From: Thermoproteota archaeon
GTDB taxonomy: Archaea; Korarchaeota; Korarchaeia; Korarchaeales; Korarchaeaceae
Length of the DNA: 64,000 nt
NCBI GenBank assembly: GCA_027491415.1
Contig: JAOZFH010000007.1
Span: 17,266-81,265, forward strand
Reading direction: 5' to 3'
Numbering within the stretch: the stretch's first letter is position 1; each line of letters starts with the position of its first letter. Shown one piece after another: positions 1 through 10,006 of the stretch. The position numbers were made by a program, and so were the translations under genes. The notes beneath the pieces were generated by a model. That model did no database searches, was not told the DNA's origin, and saw only the letters and a program-made list of their open reading frames with translations.

Positions 1-1522
1 AGCTGGCTACCTATCCTACTTCTTCCCTCAAATAGCCTCCTTCTCTCACCGCGTGCTCGGTGTGGAGCTGAACGGGTTCGCCGCGTGCTCCATAGTCATG
101 ATACTGGCTCTGATAGGTCTCAACGTGCTAGGGATCAGGGAGTCCTCTCGGCTGAACGAGATAATGGTCTCCCTCGGCTTGGCCGTTCAGGGCGCCCTCC
201 TGCTGATCGGCCTCGCCTACATGAGAGCCGACACGCTCAGGGAGAACCTCCGGGAGGTCGGCTACCCTGGGGTGAGGGAGGAGGTCGCCTACCTGCCCGG
301 AATCGGCGTGAGGGAGCAGAACTTCATCTACGGCACCACGCTGGCCATGAGCTCCTTCATAGGCGTGGAGTCTATCGCCCAGGCAGCTGAAGAGATAAAG
401 AGGCCCTACAAATGGATCCCACTGGCCACCAAGCTCTCGGTGGTGGCCGTCCTGGTTTTCGCGCTCGGACTCTCTCTGGTGGGAGTTGGGACCGTCGGCT
501 GGCGGCCCCTGGCCGAGAACGCGGAAAGGCCCCTCACGGTCTTGGCGGAATCCCTCCCCGTGATCAGGGGAGTTGCCCCGGCGCTGGTGGCCGCCACCGG
601 ATTCGTGATCAACCTGGTCTCGGCGAACACCGGGATAATCGGCGTCTCAAGAGTGGTCTACTCCATGGGCAGGTTCCAGCTGATGCCCTCCTGGTTCAAG
701 GCCATACATCCTAGGTTCAGGACGCCGATCAGGACGATAGTCCTCTTCGGCCTCCTCGGAGGGCTCTTGACGCTGCTCGGCAGCCTTGAGAAGATCGCGG
801 ACGTGTACGCCTTCGGGGCCCTTGCTTCTTACGTCTTGGTAAATGTCTCCATGATCCGGCTCAGGGAGATAGATAGGGATGCCTACCGGCCGTGGAAGGC
901 GCCGGGCTCCATTGAGGTGGGCGGGAGAGAGATCCCCCTGGTGGGCCTCATGGGCGCCCTGGCCACGGGCATCATGTTCGTCCTAGTGGCGGCCCTCCAC
1001 CCTGTGGGCCGGTCGCTGGGCACGGCGTGGTTCGTGGTAGGCCTCGCGGTCTTCGCGGCCTATCGGACGGCAGTGGGCCTGCCGATCACAGGGAGGATAA
1101 GTGGAGAGATGTCCAGGCCCGCCAACTACCTCATGGACGCCCTTGTGCTCTTCAGACCCTACGACGATCCGGAGAAGGTGGCGCGCGCTGTCGCGGAGGG
1201 CCTCAGGGGCAGGTTCAGGGTCCACCTGCTCAGCGTCGTTAACCCCGCGGGCATGTCGCCCGACGAGCTCTCCGACGAGGCTGGCAGAATCCTTACCTCA
1301 CTTGAGGAAACCGCCAAGAGGCTCAGATCCCGGGGGATCCTCGTGACGACTTCGGTCATGTACGGCGAGCCAGTGGAAGTGGCCGTCATGGAGGGCTCGA
1401 GCGACAGGTACGACCTCGTCGTGGTGCTCACATCGAGGCGAGCCATGAAGTCTAAAGAGAGGGGCCTGGCCAGGGTAGTGTCGGCGAGGCTTCCCGGGAA
1501 GGTGTTGGTCCTCAGGAGGTGA
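1..1522 (+). CDS. APC-family amino acid permease with C-terminal universal stress protein (USP) domain, 5'-truncated by window
   Basis: Frame open from base 2. Multiple TM helices, APC motifs (FIGVES.AQAAEE, SRVVYSMGR, HPRFRTP), soluble USP-like tail (VHLLSVV...GEPVEV...DLVVV). Confidence 0.88.
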   Translation, partial: AGYLSYFFPQIASFSHRVLGVELNGFAACSIVMILALIGLNVLGIRESSRLNEIMVSLGLAVQGALLLIGLAYMRADTLRENLREVGYPGVREEVAYLPGIGVREQNFIYGTTLAMSSFIGVESIAQAAEEIKRPYKWIPLATKLSVVAVLVFALGLSLVGVGTVGWRPLAENAERPLTVLAESLPVIRGVAPALVAATGFVINLVSANTGIIGVSRVVYSMGRFQLMPSWFKAIHPRFRTPIRTIVLFGLLGGLLTLLGSLEKIADVYAFGALASYVLVNVSMIRLREIDRDAYRPWKAPGSIEVGGREIPLVGLMGALATGIMFVLVAALHPVGRSLGTAWFVVGLAVFAAYRTAVGLPITGRISGEMSRPANYLMDALVLFRPYDDPEKVARAVAEGLRGRFRVHLLSVVNPAGMSPDELSDEAGRILTSLEETAKRLRSRGILVTTSVMYGEPVEVAVMEGSSDRYDLVVVLTSRRAMKSKERGLARVVSARLPGKVLVLRR

Positions 1523-1788
1523 GTTCCATGCTCGTGATAATCAACCTCTATGTTGAAGCGAAGTATCTGGAGTCTCTAGTTGACGAGCTCAAGCAGATGC
1601 CTGAGGTGGTCGACCTGTTCGAGGTCACGGGAGACCAAGACTTGGTCTTGATAGTCGAGGCCGAGTCCATCGAGCACTTCAGGAGCGTACTCGTGAAGAG
1701 GATCCTCAAGAAGCAGGGCATCAACGGCTCCAACAGCCTAGTTGTGCTCCACACCCACAAGAGGATGGGGAGGCTGTTGGAGGAGTGA
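1519..1788 (+). CDS. Lrp/AsnC ligand-binding-domain protein (no HTH)
   Basis: PEVVDLFEVTGDQDLVLIV motif, 89 aa, GTGA overlap with permease. Confidence 0.85.
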   Translation: MSSMLVIINLYVEAKYLESLVDELKQMPEVVDLFEVTGDQDLVLIVEAESIEHFRSVLVKRILKKQGINGSNSLVVLHTHKRMGRLLEE

Positions 1789-2231
1789 GCGAAGGAGGCA
1801 AGAGGGTCCTAGTCCTCTTAGATGAGCCCGTCAGCGCGGAGTGCCTCGTGGGCCTCCTGGCCGGGACCCTCGGACTGACCTCGGCGGAGGTGACCCTCCT
1901 CCACGTGGTGACGGTGCCCAGGACGAGCCCCCTCGAGACCTCTGCCCTGAGGGAGCCCTCGCGCGAGGCGCTCGAGTGGCTCGATGCGCTGGCCAGCAGG
2001 CTGGCAGAGCACGGCCTGGCGGCCAGGGCCAGGGTGGCCATATCAAGGGACGTCGAGACCGCCCTGGTCGAGTCGGCGGAGGGGCAGGACCTGATGATCA
2101 TTCCGACCCGGTCTATGGGGTCGGGCCTGCTGAGGGCCCTCCGGGGGTGCCCAGCGGAGAAGCTCGCTGATAGCATCAGAATTCCGGTGGTGCTCGTGAG
2201 CAGAGACCTCATGACCTGCCCGAACCTTTAG
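1785..2231 (+). CDS. Universal stress protein family
   Basis: RVLVLLD...VTLLHVVTVP...DLMII...AEKLADSIRIPVVLV. Confidence 0.8.
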   Translation: MSEGGKRVLVLLDEPVSAECLVGLLAGTLGLTSAEVTLLHVVTVPRTSPLETSALREPSREALEWLDALASRLAEHGLAARARVAISRDVETALVESAEGQDLMIIPTRSMGSGLLRALRGCPAEKLADSIRIPVVLVSRDLMTCPNL

Positions 2232-3339
2232 GCAGGTGGGTCTCTGCCAGCCTCACTATCCTCGCGTAACCCTCTGCGGCCGCCCTTAGGTCGGCCACCC
2301 TGACCCTTTCGTTCGGCCTGTGGGCCAGGGTCTCGTCGCCGGGCCCGTACCCGATTGTCAGGATGCCCGCCTCTCCAGCAGTGTAGGAGCCGTCCGTCCC
2401 GAACCTCCACGTTACCAAGTCGCCCCCCAGCTCCCTGGCCGCCAGGCTGGCGAAGTCGCTGGGCATGTACCACGCCGGGAAGTACGCCCTCACCCGGTTC
2501 TCAAGGCCGGTGTAGCACCTTATGGTCTTGGTGACGACCGAGGCCTCGACCCCTGGCCTCAGTAACCTCATCCTGGACAGGATCGACTCGAGCGTCTCGT
2601 CCGGCACCATCCTGTAGTCCAGCAGGGCCTCGCAGGCGTCTGGGATGACGGGAATGACCCCGGGCGAGCAGCGTATCGCGACCGGCGCGACGGAGGATCT
2701 CCCCAGGACCTCGTGCTCAGGTAGCTCGCACGAAATCTCCCTGAGCCTGACCAGCGCCTCCACCAACTTGTAGAGCGCGCTGTCCCCCAGGTCGGGCATG
2801 CTGGAATGGGCCGTCCTTCCCCCCGCGGAGAGCCTGATCTCGACCCTCCCCCTGTGCCCCACCGCTACGTTGAGTCTCGTGGCCTCCCCCAGGACCACGA
2901 GATCTGGCCTTATTCCGGCCTCCTCGAGGAACATCCTGATTCCGAAGCCCTCCTGGTCCTCCTCGTGCACCACGAAGGCCATGTACACGTCGGCGTCCAG
3001 CGAGTCCAGCAGGGGCGCGGAGTGCACCATGGCCGCTATGGCCCCCTTCATGTCAACGGAGCCCCTGCCGAACAGCCAGCCGTCCCGAACCTCCCCAGAG
3101 AACGGGTCGACCCTCCACTCTCCCACCCTCCCCGGGGGGACGGTGTCCATGTGTCCCTCTAGCACTACCACGGGCCCGGCTCCGGACCCCCTGATCAGCC
3201 CGCCGACGTTTCCAGCTCCGTCTATCCACGTCCTGTCGAATCCCAGTGAGTTCATCTCATCTCGGATCAGGCCAGCGACCTCACCCTCATCCCCCGAGAG
3301 GCTGGGAGTCTGGACAAGCCTGGAGCAGAACTGTATCAC
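2209..3339 (-). CDS. M20 metallohydrolase (YgeY/ArgE-like)
   Basis: GHMDTV, GRGSVDMKG, HEEDQEG, GEAT, GRTAHSS, FGTDG, GYGPG...AHRPNE. Start may be CTG at 3357. Confidence 0.85.
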   Translation of the reverse strand: MIQFCSRLVQTPSLSGDEGEVAGLIRDEMNSLGFDRTWIDGAGNVGGLIRGSGAGPVVVLEGHMDTVPPGRVGEWRVDPFSGEVRDGWLFGRGSVDMKGAIAAMVHSAPLLDSLDADVYMAFVVHEEDQEGFGIRMFLEEAGIRPDLVVLGEATRLNVAVGHRGRVEIRLSAGGRTAHSSMPDLGDSALYKLVEALVRLREISCELPEHEVLGRSSVAPVAIRCSPGVIPVIPDACEALLDYRMVPDETLESILSRMRLLRPGVEASVVTKTIRCYTGLENRVRAYFPAWYMPSDFASLAARELGGDLVTWRFGTDGSYTAGEAGILTIGYGPGDETLAHRPNERVRVADLRAAAEGYARIVRLAETHLPKGSGRS

Positions 3340-3444
3340 CTCCTCTCTGCCGCTCAGGCCCCCTCCACCCTCCGAGGGCGGATTGGGTGCATGTTTTTAA
3401 CCCTCCGGAGGGCGGCGCTTCCCGCGTCTCGGAGGTGAAGGCGC

Positions 3445-4410
3445 TTGACCGACTTGGGGAAGAGGATACTGATCGCCCTGGGCGGAAACGCCATCAAGCA
3501 GGCTCACGAGAAGGGCACCTATGAGGAGCAGCTCCGCAACGTGGAGAAGACCGCCGCCCAGCTGGCCAAGCTCGTGCAGAGGGGGTACCACCTGGCCATA
3601 ACCCACGGGAACGGCCCTCAGGTGGGCGCCCTCCTGATTCAGCAAGAGGAGGGGCAGAGGCTCGGGATCCCGCCCCAGCCCATGGACGTGTGCGGCGCCA
3701 TGACCCAAGGTCAGATAGGGTACATGCTCCAGCAGGCCCTCATGAACGAGTTCAGGAAGATAGGCTTGGACAAGCTCGCGGCCACCGTGGTGACTAGGGT
3801 GCTCGTTCGGAAGGACGATCCCGACTTCCAAGACCCGTCCAAGCCCGTAGGCCCGTTCTACGACGAGGAGACCGCCAAGAAGCTCGCTGAGGAGAGGGGA
3901 TGGGTCATCAAGAAGGTGAAGCCCAATGCGGACAAGCCCTACAGGAGGGTGGTTCCCTCCCCAGATCCCATCAGGCCGCTAGAGGCCGACGCGATCAAGA
4001 AGCTCTACGACAGCGGCATCATAGTGATCGCCAGCGGAGGCGGCGGGATACCGGTCATCGAGGAGGACGGGAAGATCAAGGGCGTCGAGGCGGTCATCGA
4101 CAAGGACCTCGCCGGCGAGAGGATGGCCGAGGTCCTTGGCGTCGACATCTTCATGATCCTCACCGACGTGGAGAAGGTCAAGCTGAACTACGGGAAGCCT
4201 GACGAGAGGGAAATAGACAGGATGACCGTCTCCGAGGCGAAGAAGTACTACGAGGAGGGCCACTTCCTGCCCGGCAGCATGGGCCCGAAGGTCAAGGCCT
4301 GCATCAGGTTCGTCGAGGAGGCCGGCGGGAAGGCCGCTATAATCACCCACTTGGAGAAGGCCCTCGACGCTCTGGAGGGGAAGACCGGGACCTGGATAGT
4401 CCCGGACTGA
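3445..4410 (+). CDS. arcC: Carbamate kinase
   Basis: [47 protein letters not shown]. Confidence 0.96.
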   Translation: MTDLGKRILIALGGNAIKQAHEKGTYEEQLRNVEKTAAQLAKLVQRGYHLAITHGNGPQVGALLIQQEEGQRLGIPPQPMDVCGAMTQGQIGYMLQQALMNEFRKIGLDKLAATVVTRVLVRKDDPDFQDPSKPVGPFYDEETAKKLAEERGWVIKKVKPNADKPYRRVVPSPDPIRPLEADAIKKLYDSGIIVIASGGGGIPVIEEDGKIKGVEAVIDKDLAGERMAEVLGVDIFMILTDVEKVKLNYGKPDEREIDRMTVSEAKKYYEEGHFLPGSMGPKVKACIRFVEEAGGKAAIITHLEKALDALEGKTGTWIVPD

Positions 4411-4462
4411 ACCCTCCCGCACCTATTTCTGTGTCACCCGCCCTGGCCCCCTCGGTGTTGAT

Positions 4463-5395
4463 TTGAGGGCGGCGGTGATCGGGGGAGGGCGCGTCAGGTT
4501 CGTCCCGGATTACAAGGACCCTAGGCCCCGGCCAGGCGAGGTCCTGGTTAGGATCAAGCTCGCGGGGATATGCGGGACGGACCTGGAACTCCTCAGGGGC
4601 TACAAGGGATTCTCCGGGGTCACGGGACACGAGTTCGTTGGCGTGGCCCAGTCCGGAAAGTACGCCGGGAGGAGGGTGGTCGGAGAGATCAACGTCGGCT
4701 GCGGCGAGTGTGAGTTCTGCAGGGCCGGCGTGAGGGAGCACTGCCTCCGCAGAGAGGTAATAGGCCTCACCAGAGACGGCGCCATGGCCGAGCTCGTAGC
4801 AATGCCCGAGGAGAACCTCCATCCAGTCCCAGATGAGGTTCCAGACGAGGCGGCTGTGTTCACAGAGCCCCTGGCGGCGGCCTTGAGGGTGCTGGAGTCC
4901 GCACGGGTGAGGCCCAGAGATCGGGTGGTTGTCCTGGGGGCGGGCAGGCTGGGCCAGCTGGTGGCGAGGGTCCTGGCCCTCACGGGGTGCAGGCTCACCG
5001 TTATCGACAGGAACGATTGGAAGCTCGGCCTCCTCCGCGGACTGGGAGCGGAGCTCCGGAGCAGCGCGGAGGGGATTGAGAATGCGGCCGACATGGTCGT
5101 CGAGTGCACCGGCAGGCCAGAAGGTCTGAAGACGGCCCTGCGCCTGGTCAAACCGATGGGGACGGTCGTCCTGAAGTCCACCACCGCGGAGGGCGCCGAG
5201 GTCGACCCATCCCTGGTGGTGAAGGAGGTGGGGGTAGTGGGGAGCAGGTGCGGGCCATTTGAGCCGGCGATTTCGCTCCTCAGACGCGGGCTGGTGAGGG
5301 TGGACGACCTGATCTCATCGATTTATCCTCTGGAAAGGGTCGAGGAGGCCTTCGAGGAGGCCAGTAGGTCAATGAAGGTGCTCCTTCGGGTCTGA
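4463..5395 (+). CDS. Zn-dependent alcohol dehydrogenase (MDR family)
   Basis: GICGTD, GHEFVG, CGECEFC...C, GAGRLG. Confidence 0.92.
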   Translation: MRAAVIGGGRVRFVPDYKDPRPRPGEVLVRIKLAGICGTDLELLRGYKGFSGVTGHEFVGVAQSGKYAGRRVVGEINVGCGECEFCRAGVREHCLRREVIGLTRDGAMAELVAMPEENLHPVPDEVPDEAAVFTEPLAAALRVLESARVRPRDRVVVLGAGRLGQLVARVLALTGCRLTVIDRNDWKLGLLRGLGAELRSSAEGIENAADMVVECTGRPEGLKTALRLVKPMGTVVLKSTTAEGAEVDPSLVVKEVGVVGSRCGPFEPAISLLRRGLVRVDDLISSIYPLERVEEAFEEASRSMKVLLRV

Positions 5396-5427
5396 CCGGT
5401 CGACTACTCGACGGGGACCTCGGCAGA

Positions 5428-6291
5428 TCAGTCCTCCAGCGATCTGAACACTTTCGAGTAGTCGAGATCTCCCAGGCCGAGCCTCTTCGCGCGAAGGAAG
5501 GTCTGCTGGACCTCCGCCATGATTGGAAGCTCCCTGACGAGATCCGCCGCCGTCCGGAGCACGTACCTCATGTCCTTCTCGGCCAGCCTGAGGGCGAACC
5601 TCACTGGGGCGGAGTCGTCCAACATCCTCCTCCAGTAGTACCCGGCCGCCTTGCCCACGGGGTGCTCCCCCATCACCTCGAGCGCCGACTCCGGGTCCAC
5701 GCCCATCGCCTCGGCGAGGGCGAGCCCCTCTGCCATGACACCGACCATGGAGATCAGGATGGCGTTTATCACGAGCTTGTAGGCGGTCCCCATCCCGACT
5801 GGCCCGACCAGCCTGTGTGAGCCGAGCGCGTCCAGAACGGGGCGAGCCCTCTCGTAGACATCCTCGTCGCCGCCTACCATGATGGACAGCCTACCCTCTC
5901 TGGCCTGCGTCGTGCTGCCCAGCACGGGGGCGTCTAGCAGACCTATATCCCTCTCCCTCGCCGCCTCCTCCAGCTCTCTGACGAACTGCGGGTAGAGGGT
6001 GCTCATCTCTACCACCACCGCCCCGGGCCTGGCCCCGGTGATGGCTCCATCCTCGGACAAGAGCGTATTCCTGACCGCCGCCTCGTCGCTGACCATGTCT
6101 ATGATTACGTCCGCCCGATAGGCCAGTTCTCTGGGACTTGAGGCCACCTCTGCTCCCCTCTCAGCCAGTGGGAGTGCCCTCTCCCTCGTTCGGTTGTACA
6201 CGATCAGCTGAAAGCCCTCATCCAGAAGGCGCTCGGCCATGCGGTACCCCATGTTTCCCAAGCCGATCAGCCCAACCCTCATGGTTACCAC
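5428..6291 (-). CDS. NAD(P)-dependent beta-hydroxyacid dehydrogenase (3-hydroxyisobutyrate dehydrogenase family)
   Basis: GLGNMG, YNRT, DAPVLG, KLVIN, KDM motifs. Confidence 0.9.
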   Translation of the reverse strand: MVTMRVGLIGLGNMGYRMAERLLDEGFQLIVYNRTRERALPLAERGAEVASSPRELAYRADVIIDMVSDEAAVRNTLLSEDGAITGARPGAVVVEMSTLYPQFVRELEEAARERDIGLLDAPVLGSTTQAREGRLSIMVGGDEDVYERARPVLDALGSHRLVGPVGMGTAYKLVINAILISMVGVMAEGLALAEAMGVDPESALEVMGEHPVGKAAGYYWRRMLDDSAPVRFALRLAEKDMRYVLRTAADLVRELPIMAEVQQTFLRAKRLGLGDLDYSKVFRSLED

Positions 6292-6364
6292 ATGCGGCGG
6301 GTGAGAGCGGGCCGATTTAACTTGGTGACATCTGCGAGAAGGGATCAGAGAACCATTTTCGTGC

Positions 6365-6474
6365 GATTACCAATTACAACTATCAGATTTTGGCCTACAC
6401 TTGATTGGTATCCAGTATTTCTTCTGAACAGCCACTCGGCGGGACGCCCGATTAATATTGGATAATCTTTTAAC
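6365..6474 (+). promoter_or_regulatory. AT-rich divergent promoter region with repeated GAT(T)A(T)CCAAT-like boxes and TATA box for cysK
   Basis: GATTACCAAT 6365-6374, ATTGGTATC 6404-6412, ATTGGATAATC 6457-6467, then TTTTAAC 6468-6474. Confidence 0.5.
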
Positions 6475-6502
6475 CCCTTGTCGCTATGAGATTTAGGGTG
6501 TC

Positions 6503-7567
6503 TTGTTGGGAAAAGTAGACTGGCTGAGGCACTCAAAGGCGCTGGATGAAATCACCCAGGCCGTTGGCTTAACCCCGATGGTCAGACTGAGGAGGATTCC
6601 AAAGGAAGAGGGAGTTTCCGCCGACATCTACGTGAAGCTCGAGTACTTCAGTCCGACTGGGAGCCTGAAGGACCGCATCTACCTGGAGATGTTCAGGCAG
6701 GCCATTGAGAGGGGCGAGCTCAGGCCGGGCATGGAGGTGATCGAGGCCTCGACTGGAAACGCGGGCATAGCCTGCGCGTGGGTGGGTTCGCTCCTTGGGT
6801 ACCCGGTGACCATAGTCATGCCCGAGGGGATGAGCGAGGAGAGGAAGATGCTGATGCGGGCGTACGGCGCCAAGCTCGTCTTCGTGCCCGGCGCAGAGAG
6901 CGACGTCGACCTGGCGCTCGAGAAGGTCGGGGAGCTCAAGGAAAAGAACCCCGGCAAGTACTGGGAGCCCAGCCAATTCTCCAACCCGGCCAATCCGGAG
7001 GCGCACTACACGACTACGGGCCCAGAGATCTGGGAGCAGATGGACGGGAAGGTGGACGCCTTCCTGGCGGCGGCCGGGACGGCCGGCACCATCACTGGAG
7101 TCGGCAGGTACCTCAAGGAGAGAGATCCCCAGGTCAGGATCTACGTGGTGGAGCCGACTGAGGCCCCCGTGCTGGCACAAGGGGAGTGGGGATCCCACCG
7201 CATAGAGGGCATAGGAGACGGCTTCGTCCCTGACAACCTTGACCTCGGCGTTGTCGACGGTGTTATACTGGTCTCGTCGGACGAAGCGATCGAGATGGCC
7301 AGGAGGATGGCCCGGGAGGAGGGCATACTGTGTGGCATATCCTCAGGGGCAAACGTGGCGGCCGCCATCAAGCTGGCCAGGAGGAGGCCCGACCTACGCA
7401 GGATAGCCACGATGGTCAACGACGATGGGCGAAGGTACTTCTCGACGCCCCTCTTTGGTGTTGAGAAGAAGCTTAGGATACCCGAGAGGGCTCACGAGGT
7501 GGTGCGCGACCCCCAGAGGGCAAGGGAGCTGGCGGATGCGAGAAGGCGCTGGGAGATCGTGCGCTGA
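6503..7567 (+). CDS. cysK: Cysteine synthase family PLP enzyme
   Basis: KLEYFSPTGSLKDR, STGNAG, QFSNPAN, TTGPEIW, GTAGT, IEGIG, GISSGAN. Confidence 0.88.
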   Translation: MLGKVDWLRHSKALDEITQAVGLTPMVRLRRIPKEEGVSADIYVKLEYFSPTGSLKDRIYLEMFRQAIERGELRPGMEVIEASTGNAGIACAWVGSLLGYPVTIVMPEGMSEERKMLMRAYGAKLVFVPGAESDVDLALEKVGELKEKNPGKYWEPSQFSNPANPEAHYTTTGPEIWEQMDGKVDAFLAAAGTAGTITGVGRYLKERDPQVRIYVVEPTEAPVLAQGEWGSHRIEGIGDGFVPDNLDLGVVDGVILVSSDEAIEMARRMAREEGILCGISSGANVAAAIKLARRRPDLRRIATMVNDDGRRYFSTPLFGVEKKLRIPERAHEVVRDPQRARELADARRRWEIVR

Positions 7568-7583
7568 GACCCTCCTCTGAAGC

Positions 7584-7603
7584 AAAAAACTCCCCGCGGG
7601 GAG
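7584..7603 (-). terminator. Hairpin plus T-tract terminator of the aminotransferase gene
   Basis: CTCCCC-GC-GGGGAG palindrome (7590-7603) followed on the minus strand by T6, right after the stop codon. Confidence 0.55.
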
Positions 7604-7604
7604 C

Positions 7605-8945
7605 TCAACTCCCCGCAACCTCCTTTATCGTTTCCTCCAGGATGTCGAGACCTACGTCCGCCTCTTCCTCCGTGATTACCAGCGGAGGGGCCAACCTGAG
7701 GCTGGACTTGCCAGCCCCCAGCAGTAGCAGGCCCTTCTTGAAGGCCTCCTGCACGATCTTCCCTCTCTCTTTCGTTGCGGGCTCCTTGGTGCGCCTGTCC
7801 TTCACGAACTCCACGCCTACCATTAGTCCTATGCCCCTGACGTCGCCTATGATCTCGTGCCTCTCCTGCATCTCCTTCAGCCTCTTGATCATGTGCTCCC
7901 CTACCTTCCTGGCGTTCTCGAGCAGCCCCTCTTTCTCGATGATGTCTATGACGGTGAGGGCCACGCTGGCCAGCACCGGGTTCCCGCCGAGCGTGTTCTC
8001 GTGGGCCCCTGGTCCCCACTCCAGTATCTCGGCCTTCGCAACGCAGGCGCCGAAGGGGAAGCCGGCGGCTATGGCCTTGGAGATCAACACGACGTCCGGC
8101 TCAACTCCGAAGTGCTCGATGGCCCACCACCTTCCGGTCCTGCCCATGCCAGCCTGGACCTCGTCGTCCATGAGGACTATGCCGTGCTCATCCGCTATCT
8201 TCCGGAGACCCCTGACCCACTCCGCGGGCGGCACGATGTAGCCTCCCGCCCCCTGGACGGGCTCAAACAGTATTCCGGCGACCTCGTCCGGCGGGGCCAC
8301 GTGCCCGAGGATCTCGTTCTCCAGGTAGTCGAGGCAAGCGAGTCCGCACTCCGGGTAGCCCTCCTTATGGCCGAGCGGGCACCTGTAGCAGTACGGGTAC
8401 GGGGCGTGCACCACGCCGGGCATCATGGGCTGGAACCTCCTCCTGGCGGCGGGTGAGGTTGTGGTGAAGGCAAGGGAGCCCATGGTCCTGCCGTGGAACC
8501 CGTTGATGAACCCGACGAAGTAGTACCTTTGGGTGTAGTACCTCGTGGCCTTGATCCCGCACTCCACCGCCTCCGTCCCGCTGTTCACGAAGAAGACCCT
8601 CTTCTTGAAGCTGCCGGGCGTAATCTCCGTCAGCTTCTTGGCCAGGTGCACCTGGGGGATCGTGTAGAAGTCGCAGCTGTTGACGAAGATGAGCCTGTCG
8701 ACCTCCCTCTTGACGGTCTCGACGACCCTGGGGTGCCTGTGCCCCACGTTGGTGACGGCTATGCCGGATCCAAAGTCCAAATACTCGTTCCCGTCCGGGT
8801 CTCTCACCCACACCCCCTCGGCTTCGTACCCCACGAGGGGGGCGGTCCTGGTGAGGGCTGGCGAGAGGTACTGACGATCGATCTCGATGAGTTCCCTCGC
8901 CTTGGGTCCCGGGGGCTCAACCACGATCTTCGGCCTGCGAACCAT
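7605..8945 (-). CDS. Class III PLP aminotransferase (4-aminobutyrate/acetylornithine family)
   Basis: NSGTEAVE, FHGRTMG, EPVQGAGG, DEVQAGMGRTG, SKAIA, TLGGNP. ATG at 8945 follows a GGGGTGA RBS. Confidence 0.93.
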   Translation of the reverse strand: MVRRPKIVVEPPGPKARELIEIDRQYLSPALTRTAPLVGYEAEGVWVRDPDGNEYLDFGSGIAVTNVGHRHPRVVETVKREVDRLIFVNSCDFYTIPQVHLAKKLTEITPGSFKKRVFFVNSGTEAVECGIKATRYYTQRYYFVGFINGFHGRTMGSLAFTTTSPAARRRFQPMMPGVVHAPYPYCYRCPLGHKEGYPECGLACLDYLENEILGHVAPPDEVAGILFEPVQGAGGYIVPPAEWVRGLRKIADEHGIVLMDDEVQAGMGRTGRWWAIEHFGVEPDVVLISKAIAAGFPFGACVAKAEILEWGPGAHENTLGGNPVLASVALTVIDIIEKEGLLENARKVGEHMIKRLKEMQERHEIIGDVRGIGLMVGVEFVKDRRTKEPATKERGKIVQEAFKKGLLLLGAGKSSLRLAPPLVITEEEADVGLDILEETIKEVAGS

Positions 8946-8998
8946 GCGATCACCCCTAATGTGGGGTCCAGGTTGCCCGGTCCGGGTGCTCAATAACT

Positions 8999-9712
8999 TT
9001 ACCTCGGGGAGAGGCCGCTGTCTGGACCGTCTCTCCCTTCGGAGGATTCCCCAGGCGGCTTAACGGCCGCAAGGCAGTGAAAGCCCTTCTCCAAGTCCAA
9101 ACCGGGTGTTGGCTCCTCAAACACGTAGGGACCATCGCCAGGCGGCCTGGAGATCGTGGAGCTCCACCCAACGGGTTTCAGGCCTGATTCCCTGACGAGG
9201 CGAATCAGCTCATCTGACGAGAAGAATCTAGCGGCCCTGTAGAAGGGATGGCCTTCCTCCTTCTTGCTCAGGTAGAACCTGCCCCAGGGACTCTCTCTGA
9301 GGACCAGGCCCAGCACGAGTCCCCCTCCAGGCTTGAGAACCCTGCTCGCCTCCCTGAGGGCTCTCTTGGGGTCGTCGAGGAAGCACATGGTGACCACCAT
9401 CACCACAGCCCCGACGCTCGAGCCCCCGAGCGGCAGGCTCTCGGCCCTCGCCCTGATCACTTCTACCCCCCTGCGCCTGGCCAGCCTAAGGGGGGCGAGG
9501 GCCGGGTCGATCCCCAGGTCGATCTCCAGTCCCTCGGCGAACCTACCGGATCCCACCCCTACCTCGATCCAGGGTCGGGGGAACCCTCTCAACATCCTCT
9601 GAACGCAGGCGAGTTCTGACTCAAAGAGCGGCACGTTCTCCGGTCTGTCATACCAAGAGTCGTACCTCTCGGCCAGCCGCTCAAATACTCGGAAGGACCC
9701 CGGGTCGAACAA
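8999..9712 (-). CDS. Class I SAM-dependent methyltransferase
   Basis: YDSWY, EVGVGSGRF, GIDP, LKPGG. Confidence 0.9.
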   Translation of the reverse strand: MFDPGSFRVFERLAERYDSWYDRPENVPLFESELACVQRMLRGFPRPWIEVGVGSGRFAEGLEIDLGIDPALAPLRLARRRGVEVIRARAESLPLGGSSVGAVVMVVTMCFLDDPKRALREASRVLKPGGGLVLGLVLRESPWGRFYLSKKEEGHPFYRAARFFSSDELIRLVRESGLKPVGWSSTISRPPGDGPYVFEEPTPGLDLEKGFHCLAAVKPPGESSEGRDGPDSGLSPR

Positions 9713-10006
9713 CCCACCCTCCCCTCACATCGACGACCTTTAAGGCTCTCTCCTTCTGATCGCCGCCCACAAAACGTCCCTCTGTACTAAAGAGGCTCTC
9801 GATGTAAGCAATCATCACAAACTGAGAGAGAAAAGGAAAGGGGAGAAGGGGGAGGGTTCCCCGCCGACGGGGGCCACCACCAAGATCCGATCAGGGGCCC
9901 CCTCGAGGTCCGCTCGCCGATTACCGGGAGGGACTGGGGTCCGCCCCTCCGAGGTGAGGGGAGGGGTTATCCACTTTTAACCAGCCAAACCGCGAGGAGG
10001 CCCGAG

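Noticed and set aside
9713-10006. 290-nt intergenic region with purine tract, small hairpins and a GGGGGCCACCA end resembling a tRNA 3' end
   Set aside because: No T-loop (TTCRA) or cloverleaf; best explained as divergent promoter DNA.
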